A model generated the notes under the pieces. It saw nothing but the letters and a program-made list of their open reading frames with translations, did not search any database and had not been told where the DNA came from. From Candidatus Parcubacteria bacterium (GTDB taxonomy: Bacteria; Patescibacteriota; Minisyncoccia; Sungbacterales; SURF-37): 64,000 nucleotides of DNA. The stretch covers positions 41,221 to 105,220 of the forward strand of contig QZJO01000007.1 of the NCBI GenBank assembly GCA_003599755.1. The letters run 5' to 3'. The translations under genes and the position numbers were made by a program. Shown in pieces: positions 53,767 to 62,551 of this stretch (position 1 is its first letter; every line of letters starts with the position of its first letter).

Positions 53767-53801
53767 AAAACCCCGCCCAGCGATCGCTGGGCGGGGTTTT
53801 T
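53767..53801. terminator. bidirectional rho-independent terminator
   Basis: aaaaccccgcccagc-gatc-gctgggcggggttttt. Confidence 0.7.
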
Positions 53802-53802
53802 A

Positions 53803-53955
53803 TTACGCGGCTTCGGTGCCGTCTGCGTCCTCTTCGTCGTCGTCGAGTTCCGCTTCGTCGTCTGCGAGTTCGTCGTCGCCATCGGCGCCGCCGTCCGTGT
53901 CGGGATCGTCGTCTTCGGCGAGGATGGGTTCTGCGAAATCGTCAAGATACGTCAT
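53803..53955 (-). CDS. possible 50-aa highly acidic protein
   Basis: Manual translation MTYLDDFAEPILAEDDDPDTDGGADGDDELADDEAELDDDEEDADGTEAA; sits between ruvC and the terminator; no SD; could be spurious. Confidence 0.25.
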   Translation of the reverse strand: MTYLDDFAEPILAEDDDPDTDGGADGDDELADDEAELDDDEEDADGTEAA

Positions 53956-53996
53956 AACCGAAACAATTTAGAGATTGCGGGTACGACCTTTGCGTA

Positions 53997-54521
53997 TCAG
54001 GAAGGAAATGATGCGGGATGGGGCTTTGGTCCGGCTGCATCGCCGTGCGGGGATGCGCCGCGAGCCAAGGCAGTCAGCGCGATGGCGATCGCGTCGATCG
54101 CGTCGTCGCCGCGCGGCAGCGCATGGGCGCCGAACGTGAGCGCGAGCATTTTTTTCACGTCCGCTTTTGCGGCATTGCCCGAACCGGTGACCGCAAGTTT
54201 TACTTCCAGCGGCGTGTACTCCCAGATGCTAGAGACGGCGCGCGCGGCTGTCAAGAGAATGATGCCGCGCGTTTCGGCGACCGGTAACGCGGTGTTGACG
54301 TTTTTTGCGAAGAACAGCCGCTCCACAGCAATACCGACCGGTTGGTCGCGCTCAAACCGTTCGGCAAGCGCTGCGGCGACGAGTGGCAGGCGCTTGAACG
54401 CGGCAAGGCCCGGCGCGAATTCAATCGTCTCGGCGCGCACGAGCGCGGGCTTGTGGCGGTCGCCGTTAATAACGGCGTAGCCGATACGGTGGCTCCCCGG
54501 ATCAATGCCGACGATCGTCAT
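53997..54521 (-). CDS. ruvC: Holliday junction resolvase RuvC
   Basis: MTIVGIDPGSHRIGYAV..(catalytic Asp)..DAIDAIAIALTA. Confidence 0.85.
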   Translation of the reverse strand: MTIVGIDPGSHRIGYAVINGDRHKPALVRAETIEFAPGLAAFKRLPLVAAALAERFERDQPVGIAVERLFFAKNVNTALPVAETRGIILLTAARAVSSIWEYTPLEVKLAVTGSGNAAKADVKKMLALTFGAHALPRGDDAIDAIAIALTALARGASPHGDAAGPKPHPASFPS

Positions 54522-54631
54522 AGCCGATGTTTTGCGCTACCGTTCTGTTCGCTCGCATACGCAATTTTGCCGATTCCGGTTCTCGCTCGTCAATGCAGGG
54601 TTATGTGGATAACTTTCTGATCTCATGCGCA

Positions 54632-54690
54632 GCATGCCAAGCATGCCCGGGAAGGGTAGCTAACGCTTGCCTACGGCGGAGAGTGCCAGA
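54632..54690. repeat. conserved ~60-nt intergenic motif, copy 1 (leader of ruvC)
   Basis: agcatgcccgggaaggg..gagagtgccagaagggaaat matches 57062-57124 at both ends. Confidence 0.45.
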
Positions 54691-54724
54691 AGGGAAATCC
54701 CGTCAAAGGGCTTTCCGTCTTTTA

Positions 54725-55447
54725 CTAATCGGCAATATTCGTCCATACATCGGTAACATCCGCATGGTCTTCGAGCTCCGCGGCCAGGGTCGCTGCCGCG
54801 GTTTTATCGGCAGGAGAGAGTGTCATCGGGTTTTTGGAGATCGCCGTAAGCGCGGTGCTCAAAGGCGCGGCACCGCGCGTCGTCAGGTGTGCGATGAACG
54901 CGGCCGAACGATCCGGCGCAATGAGTACGTGGAGCGCATCGTCATCCTCTTCGATCGCCTCGGCGCCGCCGTCGATGAGAAAGAGTTCGAATTCGTCGCG
55001 CGCTGTGGCTGGAGGCGGCGGCAGGGCGATCGCTATTTTGCGCTCAAACATCCAGGCCACGCTGCCGGTCTCGGCAAGCCGTCCGCCGTGGTCATCGAGA
55101 AGGCGCTTTACCTCGTTGGTCGTGCGATTCGGGCTGTCGGTCAGGGCGGCGATGAGAAATGCCGCGCCGCCCGGCCCATATGCTTCGTATTCCATGGCGC
55201 GCAAGTTCGCGGCATCCGCGCTCCCCGCCGCGCGCTGGATTGCGCGCTCGATATTGTCTTTGGGTACGCCCGCCGCGCGCGCTTGATCGACAGCTTGGCG
55301 GAGTTTCGGATTCATTGCGGGATCCGGGCCGCCGTCCCGGGCCGCGATGGTGATGATGCGGCCCAATTTCGAAAACAGAACGCCGCGCTTCGCGTCCGTG
55401 CCGGATTTCTGGTGCTTGATTTGAGCCCAGCGGGAATGGCCTGCCAT
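54725..55447 (-). CDS. YebC/PmpR-family DNA-binding regulator
   Basis: MAGHSKWAQIKHQKSGTDAKRG.. Confidence 0.85.
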   Translation of the reverse strand: MAGHSRWAQIKHQKSGTDAKRGVLFSKLGRIITIAARDGGPDPAMNPKLRQAVDQARAAGVPKDNIERAIQRAAGSADAANLRAMEYEAYGPGGAAFLIAALTDSPNRTTNEVKRLLDDHGGRLAETGSVAWMFERKIAIALPPPPATARDEFELFLIDGGAEAIEEDDDALHVLIAPDRSAAFIAHLTTRGAAPLSTALTAISKNPMTLSPADKTAAATLAAELEDHADVTDVWTNIAD

Positions 55448-55533
55448 GTACGTAAGAATTGCGAATCATGAATCAAGAATCAAGGGACGACGGAATCCCA
55501 ATGCCATCCGTAATTCTTGATTCATACTCTCCG

Positions 55534-56142
55534 TTATCCACCCATGATTTGGGCATTCGGTTCGTGCGGGACATCGGTACGCGGGGTGCGTGAATGTTTC
55601 AATATCAAATCCTTTGCCCGATAGCAATCGGGTACGTGGCGGATCGTGTACCGGCTTTCGCTCGCGGTCTGTACCGTGATCGTACCGAACCCGAGGAATG
55701 TCGCGAGGAGGCCCGGGACCACGATAGTTACGTCTTGCACTCGCTCCATGGCGATCTCGGTGATGGACCGATGGAACAGGCCATGCTGCTCGATCGCGAT
55801 GATGCGCTGGTCGGTGATGATCCAGGCGTCGAGATAGTATTTCACCCAGAATTCGAGCATCGCGAAGAGTACGGCCAATAGGTAGCATGCGTAGAAAAAG
55901 CGCCAGAACGGCGCAAACTCAGCCACAACGCCGAGCGCGGGAATAACGGCGCTCGCAATGAGCAGCGCTGCGGGCGCAACGAGCGCGATCACGAATCCGA
56001 TCATCGGCGCCACGAATACGATCCAATGGCGGCGGATAACGAGGAGGACGATTTCGGTCGGGTAGAGCTTGATCATCGAGCCGGTGGCAAAAATTGGCGG
56101 AGATCGAATGAGGTGCCGAAATCCGCGAACGGGATATTCCAA
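55534..56142 (-). CDS. bacterial PH-domain (bPH_2/YdbT-like) membrane protein
   Basis: Two TM helices then ITDQRIIAIEQHGLFHRSITEIAMERVQDVTI; true start may be the internal MIKLYPTE. Confidence 0.55.
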   Translation of the reverse strand: MEYPVRGFRHLIRSPPIFATGSMIKLYPTEIVLLVIRRHWIVFVAPMIGFVIALVAPAALLIASAVIPALGVVAEFAPFWRFFYACYLLAVLFAMLEFWVKYYLDAWIITDQRIIAIEQHGLFHRSITEIAMERVQDVTIVVPGLLATFLGFGTITVQTASESRYTIRHVPDCYRAKDLILKHSRTPRTDVPHEPNAQIMGG

Positions 56143-56321
56143 AGCTCATACAGCGCCAACAGGGCGAAGAGCGTGGCAAGCGCGAGGTATATCGGGACGA
56201 TGAGGCGCGCCGCTTGCCAATCCGGCATGGTGTATTGCCGGAGATGGTAGAGTGCCGCCGCGGACAGCGCGGCATCGATTGCGAGATATATAAGGAATGC
56301 GGCGAGAAAAGCGATGAACAT
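56073..56321 (-). CDS. small membrane protein (82 aa, 2-3 TM)
   Basis: ORF with hydrophobic helices; reading frame continues from the neighbouring genes. Confidence 0.35.
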   Translation of the reverse strand: MFIAFLAAFLIYLAIDAALSAAALYHLRQYTMPDWQAARLIVPIYLALATLFALLALYELWNIPFADFGTSFDLRQFLPPAR

Positions 56322-56323
56322 GA

Positions 56324-57022
56324 CTATGCGCGGGGCAGATGAAGCGCGGGCGCGCCCGGCCGCGTCTGAACGAGAAATGATTCTTCTTCCGGAAATTGCC
56401 GCGCGCGAGTGAGGATCCGCTCAATGTCGTGGCGCTGGGACCGATGGGCGAGCATGGCCTTGAGCTTCACGTCCCCCATGCCGGCAGTCGGTACGGTCAA
56501 ACCCATTGTACCGCGTTCGTATCCGGGCGGCACCCAGATGAAATATCCTTTGCGCATGGCGTTGGCGCGCGGGGTTGATACGCAGTAGGCGAGTAATCGC
56601 TTGATGCGGGGTTGGCGTTCGTACACGAAGCGCGCCGCGAGGGCCACGGCAATGTGGTCCAGATGCCCGGATACGCCAAGTGGCTCGTAGGTGAGGAGCG
56701 TATGCGGCTTGAGGCGTCGCACCAGTCCTTCGATGCGTCGGGCGAGCGCATGGTACGTAGCATTGGAAAGCTCGCCGTCGCGAAAATCGAAAAAGACGAC
56801 TCCTCGGGCGCCGAGGATCTTGGCCGCGGCGCGGAGTTCCCGCGGCCGCGCGGCGGCGAGCGATCCGGTTTTTTGCGCGCGGCTGTCTTTGCCCGCGTTG
56901 CCCCGGGTTGCGCTGGCGATCCAGACGTCGTGGTGGCGCGCCAGAAGCGCGATCGTGCCGCCGGGTCCGAACGTCTCATCGTCGGGATGGGCGAATACGC
57001 AAAGGATCGTGTTTTTCCTCAT
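56324..57022 (-). CDS. PIG-L/LmbE-family N-acetylglucosaminyl deacetylase
   Basis: ILCVFAHPDDETFGPGGTIA.. metal-binding signature. Confidence 0.75.
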   Translation of the reverse strand: MRKNTILCVFAHPDDETFGPGGTIALLARHHDVWIASATRGNAGKDSRAQKTGSLAAARPRELRAAAKILGARGVVFFDFRDGELSNATYHALARRIEGLVRRLKPHTLLTYEPLGVSGHLDHIAVALAARFVYERQPRIKRLLAYCVSTPRANAMRKGYFIWVPPGYERGTMGLTVPTAGMGDVKLKAMLAHRSQRHDIERILTRARQFPEEESFLVQTRPGAPALHLPRA

Positions 57023-57061
57023 ATCAGGGAAACGATGTGCGGCGGTTTTCTATCGTGTGCC

Positions 57062-57124
57062 GAGCATGCCAGGGAAGGGGAAGCCGGCGATCCGCCGCAG
57101 GCAAAGAGTGTCAGAAGGGGAAAT
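57062..57124. repeat. conserved ~60-nt intergenic motif, copy 2 (leader of the PIG-L deacetylase gene)
   Basis: agcatgccagggaagggg..aagagtgtcagaaggggaaat; also ccagggaag/cttccctgg inverted repeat with 57140-57148. Confidence 0.45.
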
Positions 57125-57150
57125 TTTTTCTCGGGTTTTCTTCCCTGGGT

Positions 57151-58185
57151 CTAAGATTCCATGAGCCGCGGTTGCTCGGGCATGGGAATGCCCAAATGCT
57201 GCCAGGCGACCGCGGTCGCCATGCGTCCCCGCGCGGTGCGTTCGAGAAACCCGATGCGCATGAGATACGGCTCGTACACCTCTTCGATCGTGTCTTCTTC
57301 TTCGGCGGTCGCCGCGGCAAGCGCGGCCAAGCCGACCGGGCCGCCGCGGAATTTCGTGACTACGGTTTCCAAAATGCGGCGGTCCGTGGGCTCAAGTCCG
57401 AGCTCGTCGATTTCGAGCAGGTGGAGCGCGGTGCGCGCCGCGTCGGTCGTGAGCCGGCCGCTGCCGTGTACGGCTGCGTAATCACGCGCACGCTTCAGGA
57501 GGCGGTTGGCGACGCGCGGGGTCATGCGCGACGCGCCCGCGATGATGCCGAGGGCCTCGGCATCGGCCGCGATATCCAACAGTGCGGCCGAGCGCGCGAG
57601 GATTTTGCCGATATCGTCGGTAGTATAGAAATCGAGCCGGAACGTGACCCCGAAGCGGGAGCGTAAGGGGCCGGAGAGCATCCCAAGGCGCGTGGTCGCG
57701 GCGATGAGCGTAAAGGGCGGCAGCTCGAGCTGGATCGTGCGCGCCGACGGCCCTTTGCCGATGATGATGTCGAGCGATCGGGACTCCATCGCCGGATAGA
57801 GCACTTCCTCGATGAGTTTGTTCATCCGGTGCGCTTCGTCGATGAACAAAATATCGCCGGGCAAGAGATTCGTGAGAATGGAGGCAAGGTCGCCGACGCG
57901 CTCGATCGCCGGACCCGAGGTAATACGGATATTCGCGTTGATTTCGCGCGCGATCAGATGCGCGAGCGACGTTTTGCCAAGGCCCGGCGGCCCGTAGAGA
58001 AGCACGTGCTCGATGGGCTCGTTGCGCTGCTTCGCGGCCGCGATCAAAATGCGCAGATTTTCCTTCAGCGCGGCCTGACCGATGAATTCGTCCCAGGATT
58101 TGGGGCGTAAGGCCTGATCCAGGGCCGCGTCATCGGGTCGGGCGGCGGGGGAGGCAGGGGCGGGCGGGTTATTGACAGTTGACAT
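57151..58185 (-). CDS. ruvB: Holliday junction branch-migration ATPase RuvB
   Basis: Walker [19 protein letters not shown], Walker [11 protein letters not shown]-terminal winged helix; start at the internal ATG (MSTVNNPP); ORF-track upstream residues are spacer. Confidence 0.9.
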   Translation of the reverse strand: MSTVNNPPAPASPAARPDDAALDQALRPKSWDEFIGQAALKENLRILIAAAKQRNEPIEHVLLYGPPGLGKTSLAHLIAREINANIRITSGPAIERVGDLASILTNLLPGDILFIDEAHRMNKLIEEVLYPAMESRSLDIIIGKGPSARTIQLELPPFTLIAATTRLGMLSGPLRSRFGVTFRLDFYTTDDIGKILARSAALLDIAADAEALGIIAGASRMTPRVANRLLKRARDYAAVHGSGRLTTDAARTALHLLEIDELGLEPTDRRILETVVTKFRGGPVGLAALAAATAEEEDTIEEVYEPYLMRIGFLERTARGRMATAVAWQHLGIPMPEQPRLMES

Positions 58186-58276
58186 TTTTATTGCTATACT
58201 GTATTTAGCGCATTGAAGATCTTCGATTGCAAAAGGGCTACCAGGCCCTTTTCGCGTATTCGATGCTGTTCGCCCG

Positions 58277-58437
58277 CTCAGGCTGTGGGCAATTGCAGTT
58301 ACTGACCCGTTTCTGCAATGGGGGTTTTCTTTAGTCCGGCGTCTTGGTTCCCGCCTCGCTGCGGATCCTACTGGGGCGTGCGACGGGGGAATCCTGACCT
58401 CCGCGTTCCCGAACCGGAGCATTGCCCACAGCCTGAG
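58277..58437. promoter_or_regulatory. ~160-nt structured element closed by a 17-bp long-range stem (candidate cis-regulatory leader or small RNA)
   Basis: ctcaggctgtgggcaat (58277-58293) pairs with attgcccacagcctgag (58421-58437); interior has several local hairpins, one (attgcag/ctgcaat) competing with the closing stem, and G5/G4/G5 runs; lies in the 300-bp spacer upstream of the 58488 gene. Confidence 0.35.
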
Positions 58438-58487
58438 AGGGTGATTAGATGTTCGTTGTGCAGTAAACTAACCGATCGAGGGAGGAT

Positions 58488-58688
58488 ATGATGCGAATGG
58501 CGATCGCGATGTCAGGACTCGTGAGCATGCTCATCGCGTTTCTCCTCGCGGCGGCGAATGGCTATGCGAGGCGCGAGCCAGCGATGGCCGTATCCGTGCA
58601 GAGGACAGTGTATCGCGCCGCGTCCATGATCATTCTCTGCATCGTTGGTGCCACGACAGTCCTCACTCAGGTACTTCTTCTCCGGTAG
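58488..58688 (+). CDS. small membrane protein (66 aa, 2 TM)
   Basis: GGGAGG immediately upstream of tandem ATGs; two hydrophobic helices. Confidence 0.4.
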   Translation: MMRMAIAMSGLVSMLIAFLLAAANGYARREPAMAVSVQRTVYRAASMIILCIVGATTVLTQVLLLR

Positions 58689-58747
58689 TTCCCCTCCGTT
58701 CGTCATCGCCTCGCGCTCCGCTGCGCGGGGCGCTCTATTTAACACGA

Positions 58748-60430
58748 TTACGTTTCGCCGACTACTCGCTCGACCTCGGCGAGATCGGTGATACCGGCCA
58801 ATACTTTCAGGATGCCGTCCTGGCGCATGGTGATCTGGCCCTGCGCGTGGGCGGCTTTTTTCATGTCTACTTCGGAGGGCTTATGGAACACGAGCTGCTC
58901 GACGGTGTCGTCTACCAGGATGATTTCAAATACGCCGATGCGGCCTTTGTAGCCGGTGCCATGGCAGTGCTCGCAGCCGACGGGCCGGACAAGCATGAGT
59001 TTTTCGGGGAGGTCGGGGCGCTTGACGCTTTTGGGCAGGCCGTCGAGTTCCTTTTTAATGGCAGCCACCATGGCAGCATCGGCCGGCGCTTCCTTGCGGC
59101 ATTTGGGACAGAGGCGGCGCACGAGGCGCTGGGCGATCGAGACGTTCAGGGCAGGCGCGATAATGGCCGGATCTACGCCAAGATCGATCAAGCGGGGGAT
59201 GGTACCGGCGGCATTGTTGGTATGGAGCGTGGAAAATACCAGATGCCCGGTCAGCGCGGCGTTCATGGCCGTATGCGCGGTTTCCAGATCGCGCATTTCG
59301 CCGACGAGAATCACATCCGGATCCTGGCGGAGAATCGAGCGCAGGCCCCCGGCGAAGTCATAGCCGCGTTCGGTATTGATTTGAGTCTGTTCGATGCCGA
59401 CCAGGTGGTATTCGATCGGGTCTTCGAGCGTGATGATTTTTACGTCGGACGTATGTACTTCGCGGAGGAACGCATAGAGCGTTGTGGTCTTGCCCGAACC
59501 GGTCGGCCCGGTGGTCACGATCATGCCGTTGGGTTTTTTGAGCTCGCGGGCGAGCGCATCAAGAATCCAGGGTTGCATGCCAAGTTCGCCGAATCCGACG
59601 GCAATGGACTTGGGGTTCAGGATGCGGAGCACTATGTTCTCGCCGTACGGCCCCGGCAGCGTAGAGGCGCGCACTTCGATCTCGACCTCACCCGTATGAA
59701 TGGTGAAGCGGCCGTCCTGTCCTTTCTCTTGGATGTTCAGCTTCAGACCGGAGACGAGTTTAATGCGCGAGAGCAAAAACTTGTAGGCCGTCGGCGGCAG
59801 CATCGCAATGTCGTTCAATACGCCGTCCAGGCGGTAGCGCAAACGCGCTTGGTCGGCTTGCGGTTCGAGATGGATATCGGACGAATCGGTCTCCAGCGCT
59901 CCGGCAATGATGATTTCCAATACCTCGGTAATGCGCTGGCGGTCCACCGCGGCCAAGAGCTTCCCGATATCGGCGATGGATTTTACTTTGGCGCGAAATT
60001 CCGTGAGACGCGCGTCCGAGACGCTGACTTCGCCAGCGATCCGAGCGCTTTTGCGCGCGACGCTGGCATAGCCGGCCCAGGCCTTTTCCAGGCTCGTGCG
60101 CGATACCAAAAAAAGATTGTACGTGTAGCGGTTCGCGGAAAGCCGTTCGAGGGTTTTTTTGGCCGCTGGCGCGTTGAGGTCCCGCACCGCGATGTCGAGT
60201 TTGCGGCCCGTGCCCTGGATGACCGCCAGGCCGGCTCTCTTCGCTTCGGCTTCGGGTACCAGCCCGAGCACGTCCACGTTGACGGGGATGGCCGAAAGAT
60301 CCGCATACGGAATATGCGCCCGCTCCGCGAGGAGTTTGGTCACTTCCTCTTCCTCCTCATGGCGGAGTTTTGCGAGCCGTTCGACTTGTTTTTGTTCTTC
60401 GAAGATCGGCACGGGTCTGGAGCGCGGCAC
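58748..60430 (-). CDS. pilB: type II/IV secretion (type IV pilus assembly) ATPase, GspE/PilB family
   Basis: Walker A VTTGPTGSGKTTTL, Asp box, Walker B ILVGEMRD, His box, tetra-Cys CPKC..CEHC. Confidence 0.85.
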   Translation of the reverse strand: MPRSRPVPIFEEQKQVERLAKLRHEEEEEVTKLLAERAHIPYADLSAIPVNVDVLGLVPEAEAKRAGLAVIQGTGRKLDIAVRDLNAPAAKKTLERLSANRYTYNLFLVSRTSLEKAWAGYASVARKSARIAGEVSVSDARLTEFRAKVKSIADIGKLLAAVDRQRITEVLEIIIAGALETDSSDIHLEPQADQARLRYRLDGVLNDIAMLPPTAYKFLLSRIKLVSGLKLNIQEKGQDGRFTIHTGEVEIEVRASTLPGPYGENIVLRILNPKSIAVGFGELGMQPWILDALARELKKPNGMIVTTGPTGSGKTTTLYAFLREVHTSDVKIITLEDPIEYHLVGIEQTQINTERGYDFAGGLRSILRQDPDVILVGEMRDLETAHTAMNAALTGHLVFSTLHTNNAAGTIPRLIDLGVDPAIIAPALNVSIAQRLVRRLCPKCRKEAPADAAMVAAIKKELDGLPKSVKRPDLPEKLMLVRPVGCEHCHGTGYKGRIGVFEIILVDDTVEQLVFHKPSEVDMKKAAHAQGQITMRQDGILKVLAGITDLAEVERVVGET

Positions 60431-60469
60431 CTGCCTGTCGGAGGGCCGAGTCGCGCGTATTAGCTCTTC

Positions 60470-61564
60470 TTATTGTATCCCATCGTTCCGACCGAGCAAT
60501 CCGACGATCGCCGCTTCGGCTTCGGCAAATGACGCATAGGTCTCGGCGGGAAGGACGGCGCGTCCAGCGGCCTGCTCCAGGGGCGCGCCTGCCAGGAGCA
60601 GATCGGCGTGCACGCGGCGGCTTTGAGGATCCTGCCACAGAAGAATAATACGGCCGGCGTAGGGCAGCATGCGTTGCAGTTCGGGGCGCATGGTATCGAG
60701 GCCCCGGGGCTCGCCGCCGGTGGCTTGGAAATCGTCGGGCGTGAGCACGGACCAGGTAATATCGCGCGCCGGATCGAATCGCGAGCGGGCAAGCGCGCGC
60801 GCCGCCAGCTGCGCAGCGCGCAAGCGCTCGGGACCCGGCGCGAGTTCGGGCAGGACTTGGGCGCCGCGATCTAAAAGATCGGCCGCAATGCGCAGCGCCT
60901 CTGCCGGCGTGCCCGGCATGCGCAGATGGCCGGTCGCTTCGATCAATGCGGCAAGCAGGGGTGAGGCGTCGGCCGATCCCTGCGGGAGAGCGTTGAGCAC
61001 GGAAAGCAAGCGCCAGGCGACGATCGGCAGGTATTCGCCGCGGCTCGCGTCGGCAATGAGATTCCATTCGCCGAATCGCTGCGCTTGAGAGTCGGCGCCG
61101 AGATTCACGACCGGTTTTTCCATAAATAATTCCGGCGCGCGGCGGAGCGCCGATTGCGCCGCTTCGGGAGAAGCCACGCCGACCGCGATCGCCAGGTCAT
61201 AGCGCAGGGAACCGGTGCGGAATTCCACGTCGTCCCGGCTGATGCGGCCGTCGGAGGGCGCCAAGATCACGTTGAGCCGGTTTTGATCGCGTTCGTAGCG
61301 CAGTTCCCGGACCGGCGAGTGCGCGGTATCGAACGACACGATGAACTCGCGCAGCGGTTCGGTATCGATGCGCATGCCGAACGGCAAGCCCATGGGCCCG
61401 AATACGTGTACGGTTTTATCCGGCGCTGCAAGCGCGCGCGCAAGCGTCGCGGCAGTGCCGGCCGCGATCAGTTCAGCCGCATCCGGCAATACGATCGCGA
61501 CAGCGCCTGCCGCGCGGATCTTTTCCGCCGCCTCAGTAAGCGGCATGCGGTGTTGGGGTGGCAT
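60470..61564 (-). CDS. hypothetical protein, possibly a degenerate DHH/DHHA1-like phosphoesterase
   Basis: Length and Gly/Asp spacing loosely NrnA-like, but DHH and GGGH catalytic motifs are absent. Confidence 0.25.
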   Translation of the reverse strand: MPPQHRMPLTEAAEKIRAAGAVAIVLPDAAELIAAGTAATLARALAAPDKTVHVFGPMGLPFGMRIDTEPLREFIVSFDTAHSPVRELRYERDQNRLNVILAPSDGRISRDDVEFRTGSLRYDLAIAVGVASPEAAQSALRRAPELFMEKPVVNLGADSQAQRFGEWNLIADASRGEYLPIVAWRLLSVLNALPQGSADASPLLAALIEATGHLRMPGTPAEALRIAADLLDRGAQVLPELAPGPERLRAAQLAARALARSRFDPARDITWSVLTPDDFQATGGEPRGLDTMRPELQRMLPYAGRIILLWQDPQSRRVHADLLLAGAPLEQAAGRAVLPAETYASFAEAEAAIVGLLGRNDGIQ

Positions 61565-61746
61565 AGGAAAGCGGATTGCCCCATTGGTAGCGCCTTGCCC
61601 GGGGAAGTCAAAGCGAGAATCTGTGCATAACGGAAAGGCAGAATCTATACTTGACTAACTTCATAAAATATGCTACTTTATCGTAAGAAATGGCTTGATT
61701 CCTTGCTGTTTTCCAACAGGCATCTGACCCTCACTGGGAGGAAGAG

Positions 61747-62328
61747 ATGAAGACCAAAACGCTGTCCCCGATCGTACTGGTCGTGGTTCTGGGGCTTGCC
61801 CTGCAGGGCTGTGCGGCATTAGGCGCGGGCTCCGGCTACGCGGTCGGCGGCCCGAAGGGCGCGATCGTCGGCGGGCTTATCGGTGCTGGTCTCGATGCGC
61901 TCGCGATCACGAGCGCGTTTCGATCCGCGAAGGAGCGCGAGCGCGCCGAGGCCGCTGCCCGCGCCGAGGCCGAGGCCTTGGCCAAGGGCATTACGCCCTG
62001 CCATACCGGCACACGCAAACGCTGGGCGCAGGGTGCGCTAGTGGTGAACGATCGGTTCGAGAACTGTGACAGCTTCACGAACCGCGTCCACTACCTGGGC
62101 GACGAAACTTATGTGTCGCCCCCGCCCGGCGTAGTCTACAAGCCAGGTGCGGTGGAGATGGATCCATACTCCCAGGAAGGGTTGCGGCCGCCAGCGATTC
62201 CGAAGGTACCGGTGCCCGTGCCGCCACCAGCCGTGAATTCGGCGCCGCCCGGCGACGAAGGCCCGGACGACGAGCGGCCCAAACGGAAGCAGAAGTATCA
62301 ACCGCGGCTGTTCAGGTACAGCCGCTAG
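61747..62328 (+). CDS. lipoprotein with a Gly-zipper segment and Pro-rich tail
   Basis: Lipobox LALQGC; GxxxG-rich YAVGGPKGAIVGGLIGAGL. Confidence 0.55.
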   Translation: MKTKTLSPIVLVVVLGLALQGCAALGAGSGYAVGGPKGAIVGGLIGAGLDALAITSAFRSAKERERAEAAARAEAEALAKGITPCHTGTRKRWAQGALVVNDRFENCDSFTNRVHYLGDETYVSPPPGVVYKPGAVEMDPYSQEGLRPPAIPKVPVPVPPPAVNSAPPGDEGPDDERPKRKQKYQPRLFRYSR

Positions 62329-62332
62329 CAAG

Positions 62333-62360
62333 AAGGCGAGGACCAGCCGGTCCTCGCCTT
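62333..62360. terminator. rho-independent terminator
   Basis: aaggcgaggacc-agcc-ggtcctcgcctt followed by cattcgttt. Confidence 0.6.
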
Positions 62361-62444
62361 CATTCGTTTAAATATTTAAGGAAGCGGAAGCGCCGGGCCG
62401 CAGCATTCCCGATACAAAGGAAAATCTGCTAGGGTGAGGTTGCT

Positions 62445-62551
62445 TATACCCGGTACTTACAACGGTAAACGTAGTATTGATCGGGCGGAGGCGGATCATC
62501 TCAAAAGTCGTATGCGGGCATACCAATCTTTTGCGTTGTAGTACCGGGTAT
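62445..62551. repeat. ~107-bp element with terminal inverted repeats (family copy B)
   Basis: tatacccggtacttacaacg / cgttgtagtaccgggtat; arms homologous to copy A (24312-24422); right arm overlaps the tsaE ATG. Confidence 0.55.

Noticed and set aside
53634-53945. 103-aa minus-strand ORF overlapping the tyrS 3' end
   Set aside because: Spans the tyrS coding end and the bidirectional terminator; Thr/Pro-rich nonsense; the in-frame part downstream of the terminator is better explained by the 50-aa acidic ORF in a different register
58277-58437. Attempt to assign the structured element to RNase P RNA, SRP RNA, 6S RNA or tmRNA
   Set aside because: No RNase P universally conserved regions, no tRNA-like or resume-codon tmRNA features, and only a loose GGUCAGG / GCAGC resemblance to SRP domain IV on the minus strand; left as an unassigned structured element
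60470-61564. Confident annotation of the 364-aa protein as an NrnA/DHH phosphoesterase
   Set aside because: The DHH and GGGH catalytic motifs could not be found; left as hypothetical with a low-confidence note
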